This document shows positions 39,970 through 49,494 of a stretch of DNA of 64,000 nt, one piece after another. The notes below the pieces were generated by a model that was not told the DNA's origin, did not search any database, and saw only the letters and a list, made by a program, of their open reading frames with translations. Each line of letters begins with the position of its first letter. Positions within the stretch are counted from its first letter, which is position 1. The position numbers and the translations under genes are program-made. The DNA comes from Rhodospirillales bacterium (lineage in GTDB: Bacteria > Pseudomonadota > Alphaproteobacteria > Rhodospirillales > Shumkoniaceae), in assembly GCA_963675465.2 (NCBI GenBank), contig CAXXVY010000007.1, positions 15,065 to 79,064 of the forward strand. The letters are read 5' to 3'.

Positions 39970-40836
39970 ATGCGTTCGCTGCGGTTTGTCGGGCTTTGCG
40001 CGTTCGCGGCGGCGGCTTTGTCCGCGTGCGCCGAAGTTGCGCCGTCCGGCGCCGAACCGGCACTTGAAACAATCGATTTCGATGCTCTTCCCCCTTACGG
40101 GACGGCCGACCGGACGTATGGCCGCCGCCCCGAAGGCAAGATCCTGGTCGGCGACGCCGGACGCAGCGGGTGGTGGAACAGCCGGTACATGGCCTGCGAT
40201 ATTCGGGACAACGCGGAACTGGCCCTGGAGATCTGCCGCGACGCGTCCGGCCTGGCGTGCACCGTCCAGGCGCTCGGCGATCGCGACGTCACGGGGTTGA
40301 GCGAAGGCAGGCTCCTGTCCGCGATCACCGCTTATCAGAAGCGAATCACGGCAATGGACAAGCTGCCGGAATCGGCGTGGACACCGGGCGTCGCGTTCGC
40401 GAGCCTGTTGATGGGCGAGGACGCTTGCGATCGGTGCGTATCGCGAAGCCGCATCACCTTGGAGCAGTTGGCGCCATGCCGGGGGCATTTCGGGGCGAAC
40501 CTTCCGCCGCACGGGATTTGCGAATTCTCGTGGCGGGACGAGGATCTGCGCCGCGACGGCCTGCGCGCACGCTCGGTGGTGACGGTGACGGCGGAATGCG
40601 ACGACGGCGCGGCTTACGAAGGCCTTGTCGTGATGAACGGGCCGCGGGACGGTTTAGGCGCGATGACGTCGCGCGATGGCGGGCATCTGTATCTGCTGTC
40701 CGACGATACCGCGTTGACCGGCGATTCGCCGGTGGAATTCGGCAATGCGTGGAACGCCAAGCGCGCCGAGGCGGGCGATCTGGTCGGCGGCGATGAACTG
40801 CCCAAGCGGATTGATCCCGGCCCCGAAAGTAGATGA
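39970..40836 (+). CDS. Hypothetical lipoprotein (288 aa, Cys-rich)
   Basis: Signal peptide with the lipobox ALSAC. Confidence 0.55.
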   Translation: MRSLRFVGLCAFAAAALSACAEVAPSGAEPALETIDFDALPPYGTADRTYGRRPEGKILVGDAGRSGWWNSRYMACDIRDNAELALEICRDASGLACTVQALGDRDVTGLSEGRLLSAITAYQKRITAMDKLPESAWTPGVAFASLLMGEDACDRCVSRSRITLEQLAPCRGHFGANLPPHGICEFSWRDEDLRRDGLRARSVVTVTAECDDGAAYEGLVVMNGPRDGLGAMTSRDGGHLYLLSDDTALTGDSPVEFGNAWNAKRAEAGDLVGGDELPKRIDPGPESR

Positions 40837-40889
40837 ACTGATTGTTTCCAGTCGGTTCGCGCCACCCTCTCTGTCAAAGGACTCCAACC

Positions 40890-41816
40890 ATGAAGCCTAC
40901 CGCTTTCGCCGCTATTCTCGCGGTTTCTCTGTGCCTCGGTCTTGCCGCCGGCCCGTCTCCCGCAGCCGCCGCGGAAGACGGGGACACCACGCCCCGGATT
41001 GCCGTGATGTCGGCGTTCGCGCCGGAGTGGCAAACGCTGCTTGCCGCCACCACCGGGCAGCAGGTCCACACCATCAGCGGCCAGTCCTTCATCACCGGTA
41101 CGCTGTCGGGGAAGGACGTGGTCCTGGTTCTCTCCAACGTCAGTATGGTCAACGCCGCCATGACGACGCAAATGGCGATCGACCATTTCGCACTGAAGGC
41201 AATCGTCTTTTCCGGCATCGCGGGCGGTGTGGATCCGTCGCTTTCCCTCGGCGACGTGGTGATCGCCGACCGGTGGGCTTCGTATCTGGAGGCGGTGTAC
41301 GCCCGCGAAAGCGATGGAAAATACGCGCCGCCGCCGTTCATTCCGACGCCGTTCCCCAATTTCGGCATGGTATTCCCGACCTACACCGAGATCGGCAAAG
41401 GCATTGGCCAGGAGCCGGAAAAACGATTCTGGTTCCCCGTGGACGCCCGTTTGCTGGACGTCGCGCGCAGCGTGTCGGGAAAGACCGTGCTGCGGCACTG
41501 CGTGGACAAGGACACCTGCTTGAGCGTCAAGCCCAAGGTCGTCGTCGGCGGAAGCGGTGTTTCGGGAACCGCGTTCATCGATAACGCCGCTTTTCGCGAT
41601 TTTATCTTCAGCACCTTCCAGGCCAAGGTCGTGGACATGGAAAGCGCGGCGACCGCCCAAGTCGCCCATGTCAACGGCGTGCCGTTCATCGCCTTCCGCA
41701 GCCTGTCCGATTTGGCGGGCGGTGGTGAGCACGCGAACGAGATGAATACTTTCCTGTCGCTGGCCTCGGAAAATTCGGCCAAGGTGGTGGCCGCGTTCCT
41801 CCGCGCCCTGCCCTGA
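40890..41816 (+). CDS. Secreted nucleosidase/phosphorylase-superfamily protein (MTA/SAH-nucleosidase-like, PNP_UDP_1)
   Basis: The start MKPTAFAAILAVSLCLGLAAGPSPAAA gives a signal peptide. The core is IAVMSAF...GIAGGV...VDMESAA...AFRSLSDLAGG. Confidence 0.7.
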   Translation: MKPTAFAAILAVSLCLGLAAGPSPAAAAEDGDTTPRIAVMSAFAPEWQTLLAATTGQQVHTISGQSFITGTLSGKDVVLVLSNVSMVNAAMTTQMAIDHFALKAIVFSGIAGGVDPSLSLGDVVIADRWASYLEAVYARESDGKYAPPPFIPTPFPNFGMVFPTYTEIGKGIGQEPEKRFWFPVDARLLDVARSVSGKTVLRHCVDKDTCLSVKPKVVVGGSGVSGTAFIDNAAFRDFIFSTFQAKVVDMESAATAQVAHVNGVPFIAFRSLSDLAGGGEHANEMNTFLSLASENSAKVVAAFLRALP

Positions 41817-41847
41817 ACGCTCTGAACCCCGAAGCCGTCTCCGGCCG

Positions 41848-42537
41848 CTAAATTTGTGCGGCGGCGCCGTCGAGGGGATGCACGCGGCCGTCCGCCAGAA
41901 CGTGGATGGCCGTGCAGGCGGCGCGGGCGAGATGGATATCGTGGGTGATCGCCAGCACGCCCATGTCGCGCTCCGCCGCCACGTCCAGCACCAGGCGCAT
42001 GACATGCGCCTGGATCGAAACGTCCAACATCGCCGTCGCTTCGTCCAGGACCAGATAGTGGGGTTCCAGCAGAAGGGCGCGGGCCAGCGACAGGCGCTGG
42101 ATTTCTCCGCCCGACACCTGTGACGGGTAGCGGGTCAACAGCGCGGAATCAACGCCGACGCGGTCGAGCATGGCGGCAAGGTGGTCGCCGCGGCGGCTGC
42201 GGGGGCACAGGTCGTGGAGGCGGAACAGTTCGCGGAAGGCGAAGCCGATCCTCAGCCGCGGATTGAAGGCGGCGTCCGGATGCTGCGGCACGTATTGGAC
42301 CGTGCGGCGGGGAGCGCGGTCGCGCGGGACGCCGTCGATGGTGACGGTACCGCAATCGGGCCGTATCAATCCCAACAGGATACGGGCCAGCGACGATTTT
42401 CCCGACCCCGACGGACCCAGCAGACCGGTGACGCGTCCGCGCGGCAGGCACCAGTCCACGCCGGCCAAGACCAGCCGGCGCCGGCGGCCCATGAAGCCGT
42501 CGCGAAACCCGAGAGAGATTCCGTCAAGTTCGATCAT
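41848..42537 (-). CDS. ABC transporter ATP-binding protein (NikE/DppF-like)
   Basis: Walker A GPSGSGKS, signature SGGEIQR, Walker B LVLDEAT. Internal start at MIELDG. Confidence 0.85.
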   Translation of the reverse strand: MIELDGISLGFRDGFMGRRRRLVLAGVDWCLPRGRVTGLLGPSGSGKSSLARILLGLIRPDCGTVTIDGVPRDRAPRRTVQYVPQHPDAAFNPRLRIGFAFRELFRLHDLCPRSRRGDHLAAMLDRVGVDSALLTRYPSQVSGGEIQRLSLARALLLEPHYLVLDEATAMLDVSIQAHVMRLVLDVAAERDMGVLAITHDIHLARAACTAIHVLADGRVHPLDGAAAQI

Positions 42538-43495
42538 GGCGACGGCAGGCGACCAGGGTATCGCCGATACGGGTGAGAGGAGCGGGCTCGGTTGCACATC
42601 GCGCGTCGGCGCGTTGGCAGCGGGGAGCGAAGGGGCAGCCGAAAACCGTCTGGTCCGGCGTCGGGGCCGAACCGGGGATCGGGGTCAGGCCGCGTTCCGG
42701 CGCCGCATCCAGCAGCGCCCGCGAATAGGGGTGGCGCGGCGCGCCAAAGAACGCACGCGCGGGGCCGTCCTCTAGCACTTGGCCGGCGTACATCACCGCC
42801 ACGCGGTCGGCGATGGCGGCGGCAAAGCGAAGATCGTGGGTCACCACCAGCATTGCCAGATCCGGATCGTCGGTGCGCGCCCGTTTGAAAACATCCGCGA
42901 TCTCGTTCACCAGACGGGAGTCCAGTCCCTTGGTCGGCTCGTCGGCGATCAGTATCCGGGCGCGGCAGGCAAGACCGACCGCGATCAACAGCCGCTGGCG
43001 CATGCCGCCGGATAACTGGTGCGGGTAGAGGCCGTGCGCGCGTTCATCCAGTCCGAGCCGCGCCAGAAGCGCATGGGCTTCGAGCCGGGCGGAAGCTTTG
43101 GCCATACCGCGCGTGCGGCGGAAAACCTCGGCGACCTGGGTAACGGCGCGCAGGCAGGGATTGAGCGCGGCCCCGGAACCCTGGGGGACGAAGGCGACGC
43201 CTCGGCCCCGGATCGCGGCCATTTCCCGCCCGTTTTGCAACAGCAGGTCGGTGCCGTCGAAATGCACGGCGCCATCGGTCCGGGCACCTTGCGGCAGCAG
43301 CCCGGCCACGGCCAGTCCGAGCATGGATTTCCCCGACCCGGATTCGCCGATCAGGGCCAGGGTTTCGCCCCGCCGCAACGCGAGGCGGGCATGGCGCACG
43401 GGGTGGAGGGGCGGCGTTCCGGCAAACCGGACACTCAGTTCGTTCAGACCGAGCAACGGTTCGTCCATGCGGCCCAGATCAAGCGGCGACATCAA
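42524..43495 (-). CDS. ABC transporter ATP-binding protein (NikD/DppD-like) with oligopeptide-type C-terminal domain
   Basis: Walker A GESGSGKS, signature SGGMRQR, and Walker B-type ILIADEPT. Confidence 0.85.
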   Translation of the reverse strand: MMSPLDLGRMDEPLLGLNELSVRFAGTPPLHPVRHARLALRRGETLALIGESGSGKSMLGLAVAGLLPQGARTDGAVHFDGTDLLLQNGREMAAIRGRGVAFVPQGSGAALNPCLRAVTQVAEVFRRTRGMAKASARLEAHALLARLGLDERAHGLYPHQLSGGMRQRLLIAVGLACRARILIADEPTKGLDSRLVNEIADVFKRARTDDPDLAMLVVTHDLRFAAAIADRVAVMYAGQVLEDGPARAFFGAPRHPYSRALLDAAPERGLTPIPGSAPTPDQTVFGCPFAPRCQRADARCATEPAPLTRIGDTLVACRRHDRT

Positions 43496-44303
43496 TCCTC
43501 CGTCCGGCGGGGGATTCGGTGCCGCCGGTCAACCGGTTGGCGAGAAGCGTGAACACCATCATGAACAGAAAGACGAAGAATCCCGGAACGATCGCCAGCC
43601 AAGGCGCGCGATAGAGGTAGGGTCGCGATTCCAGGATCATCGCGCCCCATTCCGGTGTCGGCGGCTGCAAGCCGAGCCCCAGAAACCCCAGTGCCGCGAC
43701 ATGCAGCACGGTGTGGCCCAGGTGCAGCGCCGCCAGTCCGCCCAGAGGCGGCAGGATGTTGGGAAGCAGATGACAGAAAAGAATGCGCCCCGGACCGGCG
43801 CCGACCACGCGCTCCATCAGCACGAAATCGGATTCCCGTAACTGGGCGGCCCGGGCACGGGCCAGCCGGGCGTACTTGACCCATCCCGAAAGGCTCAGCG
43901 CCAGGATCAGCCCCAACGGTCCCTGATCGAGATAGGCCATAAGGACGATGGCGAACACCAGGTGCGGCAGGGCGACCAGCAGATCCAGGACGATGACCAG
44001 GGCGGAATCCCCCGGCCCACCCCAGTATCCGCCGGCCATGCCGAGGATGAGTCCCGCGGCCAGGGAAAGTGCCACCACCGCGACCGAAAGCCCCAAGTCC
44101 CACAGGAACCCGTGGGCGATACGGGCCAGGACGTCGCGGCCCATGGCATCGGTTCCGAAGGGATACGCCGCCGACGGCGCGTTCAGGGCATCGGCCAGCG
44201 ACATCGCGATCGGATCGCGGCCCAGTCCGGCGGCGACCGGTACCAGCAAAAGCAGCGCCAGGACGGCCCACCCGATGGTGCGGGGGTTGGTCAAGGCGTT
44301 CAA
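43479..44303 (-). CDS. ABC transporter permease (NikC/DppC-like)
   Basis: BPD_transp_1 core. Start assigned to TTG 44303 (overlapping the upstream stop) or TTG 44294. The track ORF to 44726 is an artefactual extension. Confidence 0.8.
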   Translation of the reverse strand: MNALTNPRTIGWAVLALLLLVPVAAGLGRDPIAMSLADALNAPSAAYPFGTDAMGRDVLARIAHGFLWDLGLSVAVVALSLAAGLILGMAGGYWGGPGDSALVIVLDLLVALPHLVFAIVLMAYLDQGPLGLILALSLSGWVKYARLARARAAQLRESDFVLMERVVGAGPGRILFCHLLPNILPPLGGLAALHLGHTVLHVAALGFLGLGLQPPTPEWGAMILESRPYLYRAPWLAIVPGFFVFLFMMVFTLLANRLTGGTESPAGRRIDVAA

Positions 44304-45262
44304 CTCCGTTTGCCGGAAAAGCGGATGCGGGGGTCCAGGACATAAAGCAGCACGTCCCCCGTCAGATTGGCCAAAGAGACGAAGGCCGCGATGAGCCCGA
44401 CGGTGGCCAGGAACGCGGGGATGTCGCGGACATCCAGCGAATCGATCAGATAGCCGCCAAGCCCCGGCATGGAAAAGACGCGCTCCACCACCACCACGCC
44501 GCCGAGCAGAAATCCCAGTTGCAGCGCCGCGTAGGGGATGACCGGGATGATCGCGTTCCGCAGGACGTGGCCCCGGAACACGTGGCGTTCCGACAGCCCC
44601 TTGCCGCGCGCGGTATCCACGTAGGGTTGGCGGGCGGCATCGCGCAGGCTGGCGGTCATCAGCGCGGTCAGGGCCCCGAACTGCCCCAATGCCAGGACCG
44701 AGACCGGCAGGACGTAGTGTTGCCAACTTCCGGCGCCGCTGACCGGCAACAGATCGAGTCCGATGGAAAAAGCCAGAACCAGGACGAGCCCCAGATAGAA
44801 GTGCGGGATCGATACCGAAACGACGGTGGCGGCGTCGACCGCCAGTCGGGTCGCGGCGCCGGGGATGGCGCGGATGGCGGCGACCAGCAAACCGGTGATC
44901 AGAAGGGTGAGCGCGGTTGCGGCGAAGGCGAGCGCGAGGCTCGGTCCGATCCGCATCGACAATTCATCGAGCACCGGCAGGCCGGTGATCACCGACAGTC
45001 CGAAGTCCAGGTGTAGAGCCTTGACGGCCCAGTCGGCGTATTGGACCAGAAGCGGATTGTCGAACCCGAAGCGGTCGGCTACGACGGCCAGATCGGAGGC
45101 GGTGCCGACGCTTTCCGGGTCGCCGATGAAAACCCGGCGCAGCACGATGTCGGCCGCGTCGCCGGGCGAGAGGTGGACAAGGACGAAGGTCAGCGCGGTG
45201 GCGAACACCACGGTGGCGGCGGACATGCTCAGGCGCCGCGCGATGAACGGGATGAATGTCAC
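44300..45262 (-). CDS. ABC transporter permease (NikB/DppB-like)
   Basis: 320 aa, 6 TM segments, typical DppB/NikB N-terminus MTFIPFIARRL. Confidence 0.85.
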   Translation of the reverse strand: MTFIPFIARRLSMSAATVVFATALTFVLVHLSPGDAADIVLRRVFIGDPESVGTASDLAVVADRFGFDNPLLVQYADWAVKALHLDFGLSVITGLPVLDELSMRIGPSLALAFAATALTLLITGLLVAAIRAIPGAATRLAVDAATVVSVSIPHFYLGLVLVLAFSIGLDLLPVSGAGSWQHYVLPVSVLALGQFGALTALMTASLRDAARQPYVDTARGKGLSERHVFRGHVLRNAIIPVIPYAALQLGFLLGGVVVVERVFSMPGLGGYLIDSLDVRDIPAFLATVGLIAAFVSLANLTGDVLLYVLDPRIRFSGKRS

Positions 45263-45294
45263 GACCGACCCTCGCCCTTGTTTTCCGGACCGTC

Positions 45295-46842
45295 CTAGCG
45301 ATCCAACCGTAGGCCGGTACCCAGACTGTAATCATGGGCGACCGGATTGAAGACGAAACCTTTCACGTCCGGCTTCATGACGATGTTGACGCCGTAATGG
45401 CTGATCAGGATCGTCGGTTCCTCGTCGGCGACGATGTGCTGAATGGCGTCGTAGGCGGCTTTGCGGGCCGTCTCGTCGGGGGCGGTCAATCCGTCGGCGA
45501 ACAGGGCGTCGACGCGCGGATTGGCATAGCCCCAGACATTGTTGTCGCCCTGGGACTCATAGTGGGACCGCAGAAAGAAATCGGGGTCCGGGTACATCGC
45601 GGTGGCCGAAGCCGCGATCCGCATGTCGCCGGGTTTCATCGCCGTGAGGATAGCCGACCAGTCCAGGAGCTTGACCGCGGCCCGGATGCCCACCTGCGCC
45701 AGCATGCCTTGGATGGCGGTGGCCATGGGCGGCAGGCCGGGACGTTGCGGATAGGTGTAGAGGGTGACCGAGAACGGCGTGCCGCCCTTTTTCCGGATGC
45801 CGCCGCGATCGATCCAGCCGGCTTCGTCCAGCAACGCTCTCGCCTTTTCAGGATCGAAGGCGGGAACCGCCAATCCGGACGCGGCGAAAGACATGTGGCG
45901 GGAAAACGGCCCCGCCGCGGCTTCGCCCATACCGAACAGAACCTTGTCGACGATCGCGGTGCGGTCAATCGCGTGGCTGACGGCGTGGCGTACGCGGGGG
46001 TCGGCGAAAGGACCCTCGGTCAACGAACCGAACGCCATCTGGTAGACCCGCGCGGTAATATGGCGCGAAGCCTGGAATCCCTTGGCGGCCAGCATGTCGA
46101 GATCGCCGTAGGGGACGTCGGGAACGAAATCGACGTCGCCCTTCTGGATTTCCAGGGACCGAGTCGACGGATCGGGGACGGATCGATAGACGATCCGGTC
46201 GATCGACGCCTCGTCGCCCCAATAGTCGGGGTTGCGTTCCAGAACCACGACGCGGGCGGCGCGCCGCCATTCGGCGACTTTGTAGGGACCGGTGCCGATC
46301 GGCATGGTGATCACGCCTTCGGGTGTCTTGGCCGACGTCGGCGCGGCGATCGCCAGGTAGGCCCGTACCAGGGTCGCGGGCAGCATCGGGACCGGACCAT
46401 GAGTGCGGATGCGCACGATCCCTTCGCCTTCCGCTTCGACCGTGTCGACCTTTGTCATCGACTTCATGGCCGGGGAAATGGTGAAGGCGCGAGTCAGGCT
46501 TTTGACGACGGCGTCCGCAGTCAACGGCGTACCATCGTGGAACCGGACGCCGGCACGCAGAATGAATCGCCATTCGGATTCACCGTCGCGGTGCCATTCC
46601 GCCGCCAAACCGGGCTTCAGGGAAAAATCGGGGTTGGCTTCGACCAGGGTCTCGACAACCATCGCCTTTTCCTTGATGAACGTTCCGGCACGGACCGGGT
46701 CCAGGTTGTCGATTTCCCACATTTCGGCGACCTGCAGGGTGTTCGTGGCCGTGGCGGGCGCGGCATGGATCGCCGGTGCCGCAACGGATGCGGCGAGGAC
46801 CAGCGCAGCCCATAAAAGACAAGTCTTGGGTGTCATGTTCAT
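45295..46842 (-). CDS. ABC transporter substrate-binding protein, family 5 (NikA/DppA-like)
   Basis: The internal start MNMTPKTCLLWAALVLAASVAAPAIHA gives a signal peptide. Its ATG overlaps the stop of the upstream methyltransferase (ATGA). Confidence 0.8.
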   Translation of the reverse strand: MNMTPKTCLLWAALVLAASVAAPAIHAAPATATNTLQVAEMWEIDNLDPVRAGTFIKEKAMVVETLVEANPDFSLKPGLAAEWHRDGESEWRFILRAGVRFHDGTPLTADAVVKSLTRAFTISPAMKSMTKVDTVEAEGEGIVRIRTHGPVPMLPATLVRAYLAIAAPTSAKTPEGVITMPIGTGPYKVAEWRRAARVVVLERNPDYWGDEASIDRIVYRSVPDPSTRSLEIQKGDVDFVPDVPYGDLDMLAAKGFQASRHITARVYQMAFGSLTEGPFADPRVRHAVSHAIDRTAIVDKVLFGMGEAAAGPFSRHMSFAASGLAVPAFDPEKARALLDEAGWIDRGGIRKKGGTPFSVTLYTYPQRPGLPPMATAIQGMLAQVGIRAAVKLLDWSAILTAMKPGDMRIAASATAMYPDPDFFLRSHYESQGDNNVWGYANPRVDALFADGLTAPDETARKAAYDAIQHIVADEEPTILISHYGVNIVMKPDVKGFVFNPVAHDYSLGTGLRLDR

Positions 46843-47663
46843 TCCTCTTTTTGTGCGACGACGATATAGCGGCGGCCGGGCCGATACAGTATTTTGCGGC
46901 CGAGAGGCGCGCGGGTCCGTTCGTGGGCGATGACGGCGTTCAAGTCGTCGACTCCCCGGATCGAAAACCCCGCGTGTTCCAACGCAGCGGCCAGCGTTTC
47001 GGGCGGCATGCCGCCGAAATAAGGCAGGTTGGACGGATTGCCGGGATAGAGGGCCTGCCAATGGGGGTCGTGGCCCGGCGTGGGCGCCAACCGTTCCAGG
47101 GCGCCGGCGATCCAGGCGCGCAGGCGGTCGCCTCGGGTTCGTGGTGTCCATGATCCTTCCACCGGGACCACCCGTCCGCCGGGAGCCAGAATCCGATGCC
47201 AATTGCGGAATGCCGCTTCGGGATCGGGCAGCGTCCAGACCACATGTCGGCAGACGATCCGGTCGAACGTTCCGGGATCGAAGGGCGGGTTTTCGGCGTC
47301 GCCCTCGCGGAAGTCGGCTTTCAATCCGGCGGCGTCGATCTTGGCCCGGGCCCGTGCCAGCATGTCCGGGGCCAGATCGATTCCGGTGACGGCGCAGCCC
47401 ATTTCCGCGAACAGCAGGGACAGGAACCCGGTGCCGCATCCCACGTCCAGGACCCGCAGGCCCGTCCGGGGTTCGGCGTTGCGTTCCAGCGCCTTGCGCC
47501 AAAGGACACGATGGATGTCGTCGCAGAAGTCGTGGCCGAAATCGCCGTCGTAGGCGCCGGAACGATCATTCCACATCGCGGCGATCCGGGTTTTCAGGCA
47601 CGATGCATCGGGTGCCGACGCGGGAAGCCCTGCGGCGGCTTCGTTTTTTTCTGTGTATGACAT
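46839..47663 (-). CDS. Class I SAM-dependent methyltransferase, first cistron of the NikR-adjacent operon
   Basis: Motif I VLDVGCGTGFLS, post-I GIDLAPDML, and motif II/III region FDRIVCRHVVW...LAPGGRVV. Start at MSYTEK (47663). Confidence 0.8.
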   Translation of the reverse strand: MSYTEKNEAAAGLPASAPDASCLKTRIAAMWNDRSGAYDGDFGHDFCDDIHRVLWRKALERNAEPRTGLRVLDVGCGTGFLSLLFAEMGCAVTGIDLAPDMLARARAKIDAAGLKADFREGDAENPPFDPGTFDRIVCRHVVWTLPDPEAAFRNWHRILAPGGRVVPVEGSWTPRTRGDRLRAWIAGALERLAPTPGHDPHWQALYPGNPSNLPYFGGMPPETLAAALEHAGFSIRGVDDLNAVIAHERTRAPLGRKILYRPGRRYIVVAQKEE

Positions 47664-47715
47664 TTTCAATTTTCGTATGAATTGCAATGTGTGACGAATA
47701 CATAAATCGTCATAC
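47655..47715. promoter_or_regulatory. Candidate NikR operator(s) in the methyltransferase/nikR divergent promoter
   Basis: GTATGA 47655-47660, GTATGA 47675-47680, GTGTGA 47689-47694, then 15 nt, then TCATAC 47710-47715. For comparison, the E. coli NikR box is GTATGA-N16-TCATAC. An inner inverted repeat TGACGA-N9-TCGTCA is also present. Confidence 0.45.
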
Positions 47716-47825
47716 GCAAGCAAGGTTTTTTTGCGGCGGCCGGACGGTTTTCTTGACCCTCCGGTCGTTCGCAGCCGATCATGGTTGCCGAGGCTGAATT
47801 CGGCGGAAATAAGGGGGCGCGTGCG

Positions 47826-48302
47826 ATGGAGCGGGTAACGATATCGTTGGAGGACGATCTGCTGACGCAGTTCGACGCCTATATCGCGCGCAAGGGCTAC
47901 ACCAATCGGTCAGAGGCGATACGCGATGTCATCCGGACCACGCTGGCGGCGGAAACCCTTTCGGAACGCCCGGACGTGCCCTGCATTGCCTGTGTGACCT
48001 ACGTCTACGATCATATGGAACGCAATCTCGCGAGCCGCCTGACCCAGACCCAGCACGACCATCACGATCTCGGGTTGTCGACGTTGCACGTTCACGTCGA
48101 CCGCGATACCTGCATGGAGGCGGCGATCCTACGCGGTTCGGCCTCCGAGGTCCGCGTTTTCGCCGACCAAATGCTGGCGCAGCCCGGCGTCCGCAACGGT
48201 CAGGTCCACATGGTCGCGGTCGAACCGCGGCGGGGCGGTGAACGGCACGAGCATGATCACGCCAAGGGCCATGACCACGGAGAGCTTGATCCTAACGATT
48301 GA
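47826..48302 (+). CDS. nikR: Nickel-responsive transcriptional regulator NikR
   Basis: MERVTISLEDDLLTQFDAYIARKGYTNRSEAIRDVIR is the ribbon-helix-helix domain. The high-affinity Ni site residues are in ...TQHDHHDLGLSTLHVHV...C. There is a His-rich tail. Confidence 0.9.
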   Translation: MERVTISLEDDLLTQFDAYIARKGYTNRSEAIRDVIRTTLAAETLSERPDVPCIACVTYVYDHMERNLASRLTQTQHDHHDLGLSTLHVHVDRDTCMEAAILRGSASEVRVFADQMLAQPGVRNGQVHMVAVEPRRGGERHEHDHAKGHDHGELDPND

Positions 48303-48336
48303 CGGGAACGTGGTTTCGGCCGGGGGGTAGGGAGCC

Positions 48337-49491
48337 GTGATCGACCTGGACGTCCGGACGCTGTACGTCATCACCATGCTGTTATCGTGCCTGGTCGCGG
48401 GCGCGATGGCCGTGCTGTGGCGGACCAATCCCTCCGATCAAGGGGCCCGCGGCTGGGCGATCGGCGCCGGATTGATTGCGATCGGGGCGCTGATCCTTGC
48501 GCTGATCGGCGTCGTTCCGTCGGGGGTCGCCCGCATCGTCGGCAACCCGTTGGTGGTCGGCGGCTACGCTTTCTTGTTGTCGGGAACGGGGCGGTTCGTC
48601 GGCCGTTCCGTCCCCGACTGGTTGCCGGCGGCGTCGGCGGTTTTCATGGGTTTGGTTGTCATCTTCTTCATGTACGTGGTGCCCAGTTTCGACGCGCGGG
48701 TCGTCATCATTTCGGCCCTGTGCGGGACGATGGGGCTCTGGTGCGCCGGAATTCTTTTGTTCCGGCCGGCGCCCGGGATGGCGCTGGTGCAAGGCATGGT
48801 CGCCTTCTTCTTCCTCTTTCATGCGATTCCGTTGATGGTCCGTGCGATCCTGCCGCTTGTCGGCGCGGCACCTTTCTCGACCCTTTTCGAACCGGGTTTG
48901 TTCCAGTCCATGGTGTCGATCGGGATCATCGTCTCTTACGTCGGATTCGGTTTCGGTGCCGCAGCGATGACCCATCGCCGCCTGCATTTGCATTTGAGCC
49001 ACTTGGCGACGCACGATCTTTTGACCGGGACGCTAAACCGGCACGCCATCGAGGAAAACGCCGCCCGCGAACGGGCCCGCGCCCGGCGCCAGGGTTATCC
49101 GCTGTCGCTGCTGATGTTGGATATAGACCACTTCAAACATGTGAACGACGCCTACGGCCACGAAGCGGGGGATGCCGTCCTGCGCGCGTTCGCCGGCGTC
49201 GTCCGGGTGTCGTTGCGACGCGACGACATCCTGGGGCGCTACGGCGGCGAGGAATTCGTGGCGTTATTGCCGATGGCGGATCGCGCCGAGGCTTTGGCGG
49301 TGGCCGAACGAATTCGTGCCGCCGTCGCGGCGACGCCGGTCGCGTATGCCAACCGAACCATCGGCGTGACAGTCAGTATCGGGACGGCTTTGTTCGCTGA
49401 CGGCGAGGGGGCGTGGGAAGCGGCGATCCGGGCTGCCGACGATGCCCTTTACCGCGCCAAGCGCGAAGGCCGAAACCGGGTCGCGGTATAA
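48337..49491 (+). CDS. Membrane-bound diguanylate cyclase (multi-TM N-terminus + GGDEF)
   Basis: GTG start. Active site RYGGEEFV, and I-site-like RRDD upstream. Confidence 0.85.
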   Translation: MIDLDVRTLYVITMLLSCLVAGAMAVLWRTNPSDQGARGWAIGAGLIAIGALILALIGVVPSGVARIVGNPLVVGGYAFLLSGTGRFVGRSVPDWLPAASAVFMGLVVIFFMYVVPSFDARVVIISALCGTMGLWCAGILLFRPAPGMALVQGMVAFFFLFHAIPLMVRAILPLVGAAPFSTLFEPGLFQSMVSIGIIVSYVGFGFGAAAMTHRRLHLHLSHLATHDLLTGTLNRHAIEENAARERARARRQGYPLSLLMLDIDHFKHVNDAYGHEAGDAVLRAFAGVVRVSLRRDDILGRYGGEEFVALLPMADRAEALAVAERIRAAVAATPVAYANRTIGVTVSIGTALFADGEGAWEAAIRAADDALYRAKREGRNRVAV

Positions 49492-49494
49492 CCC

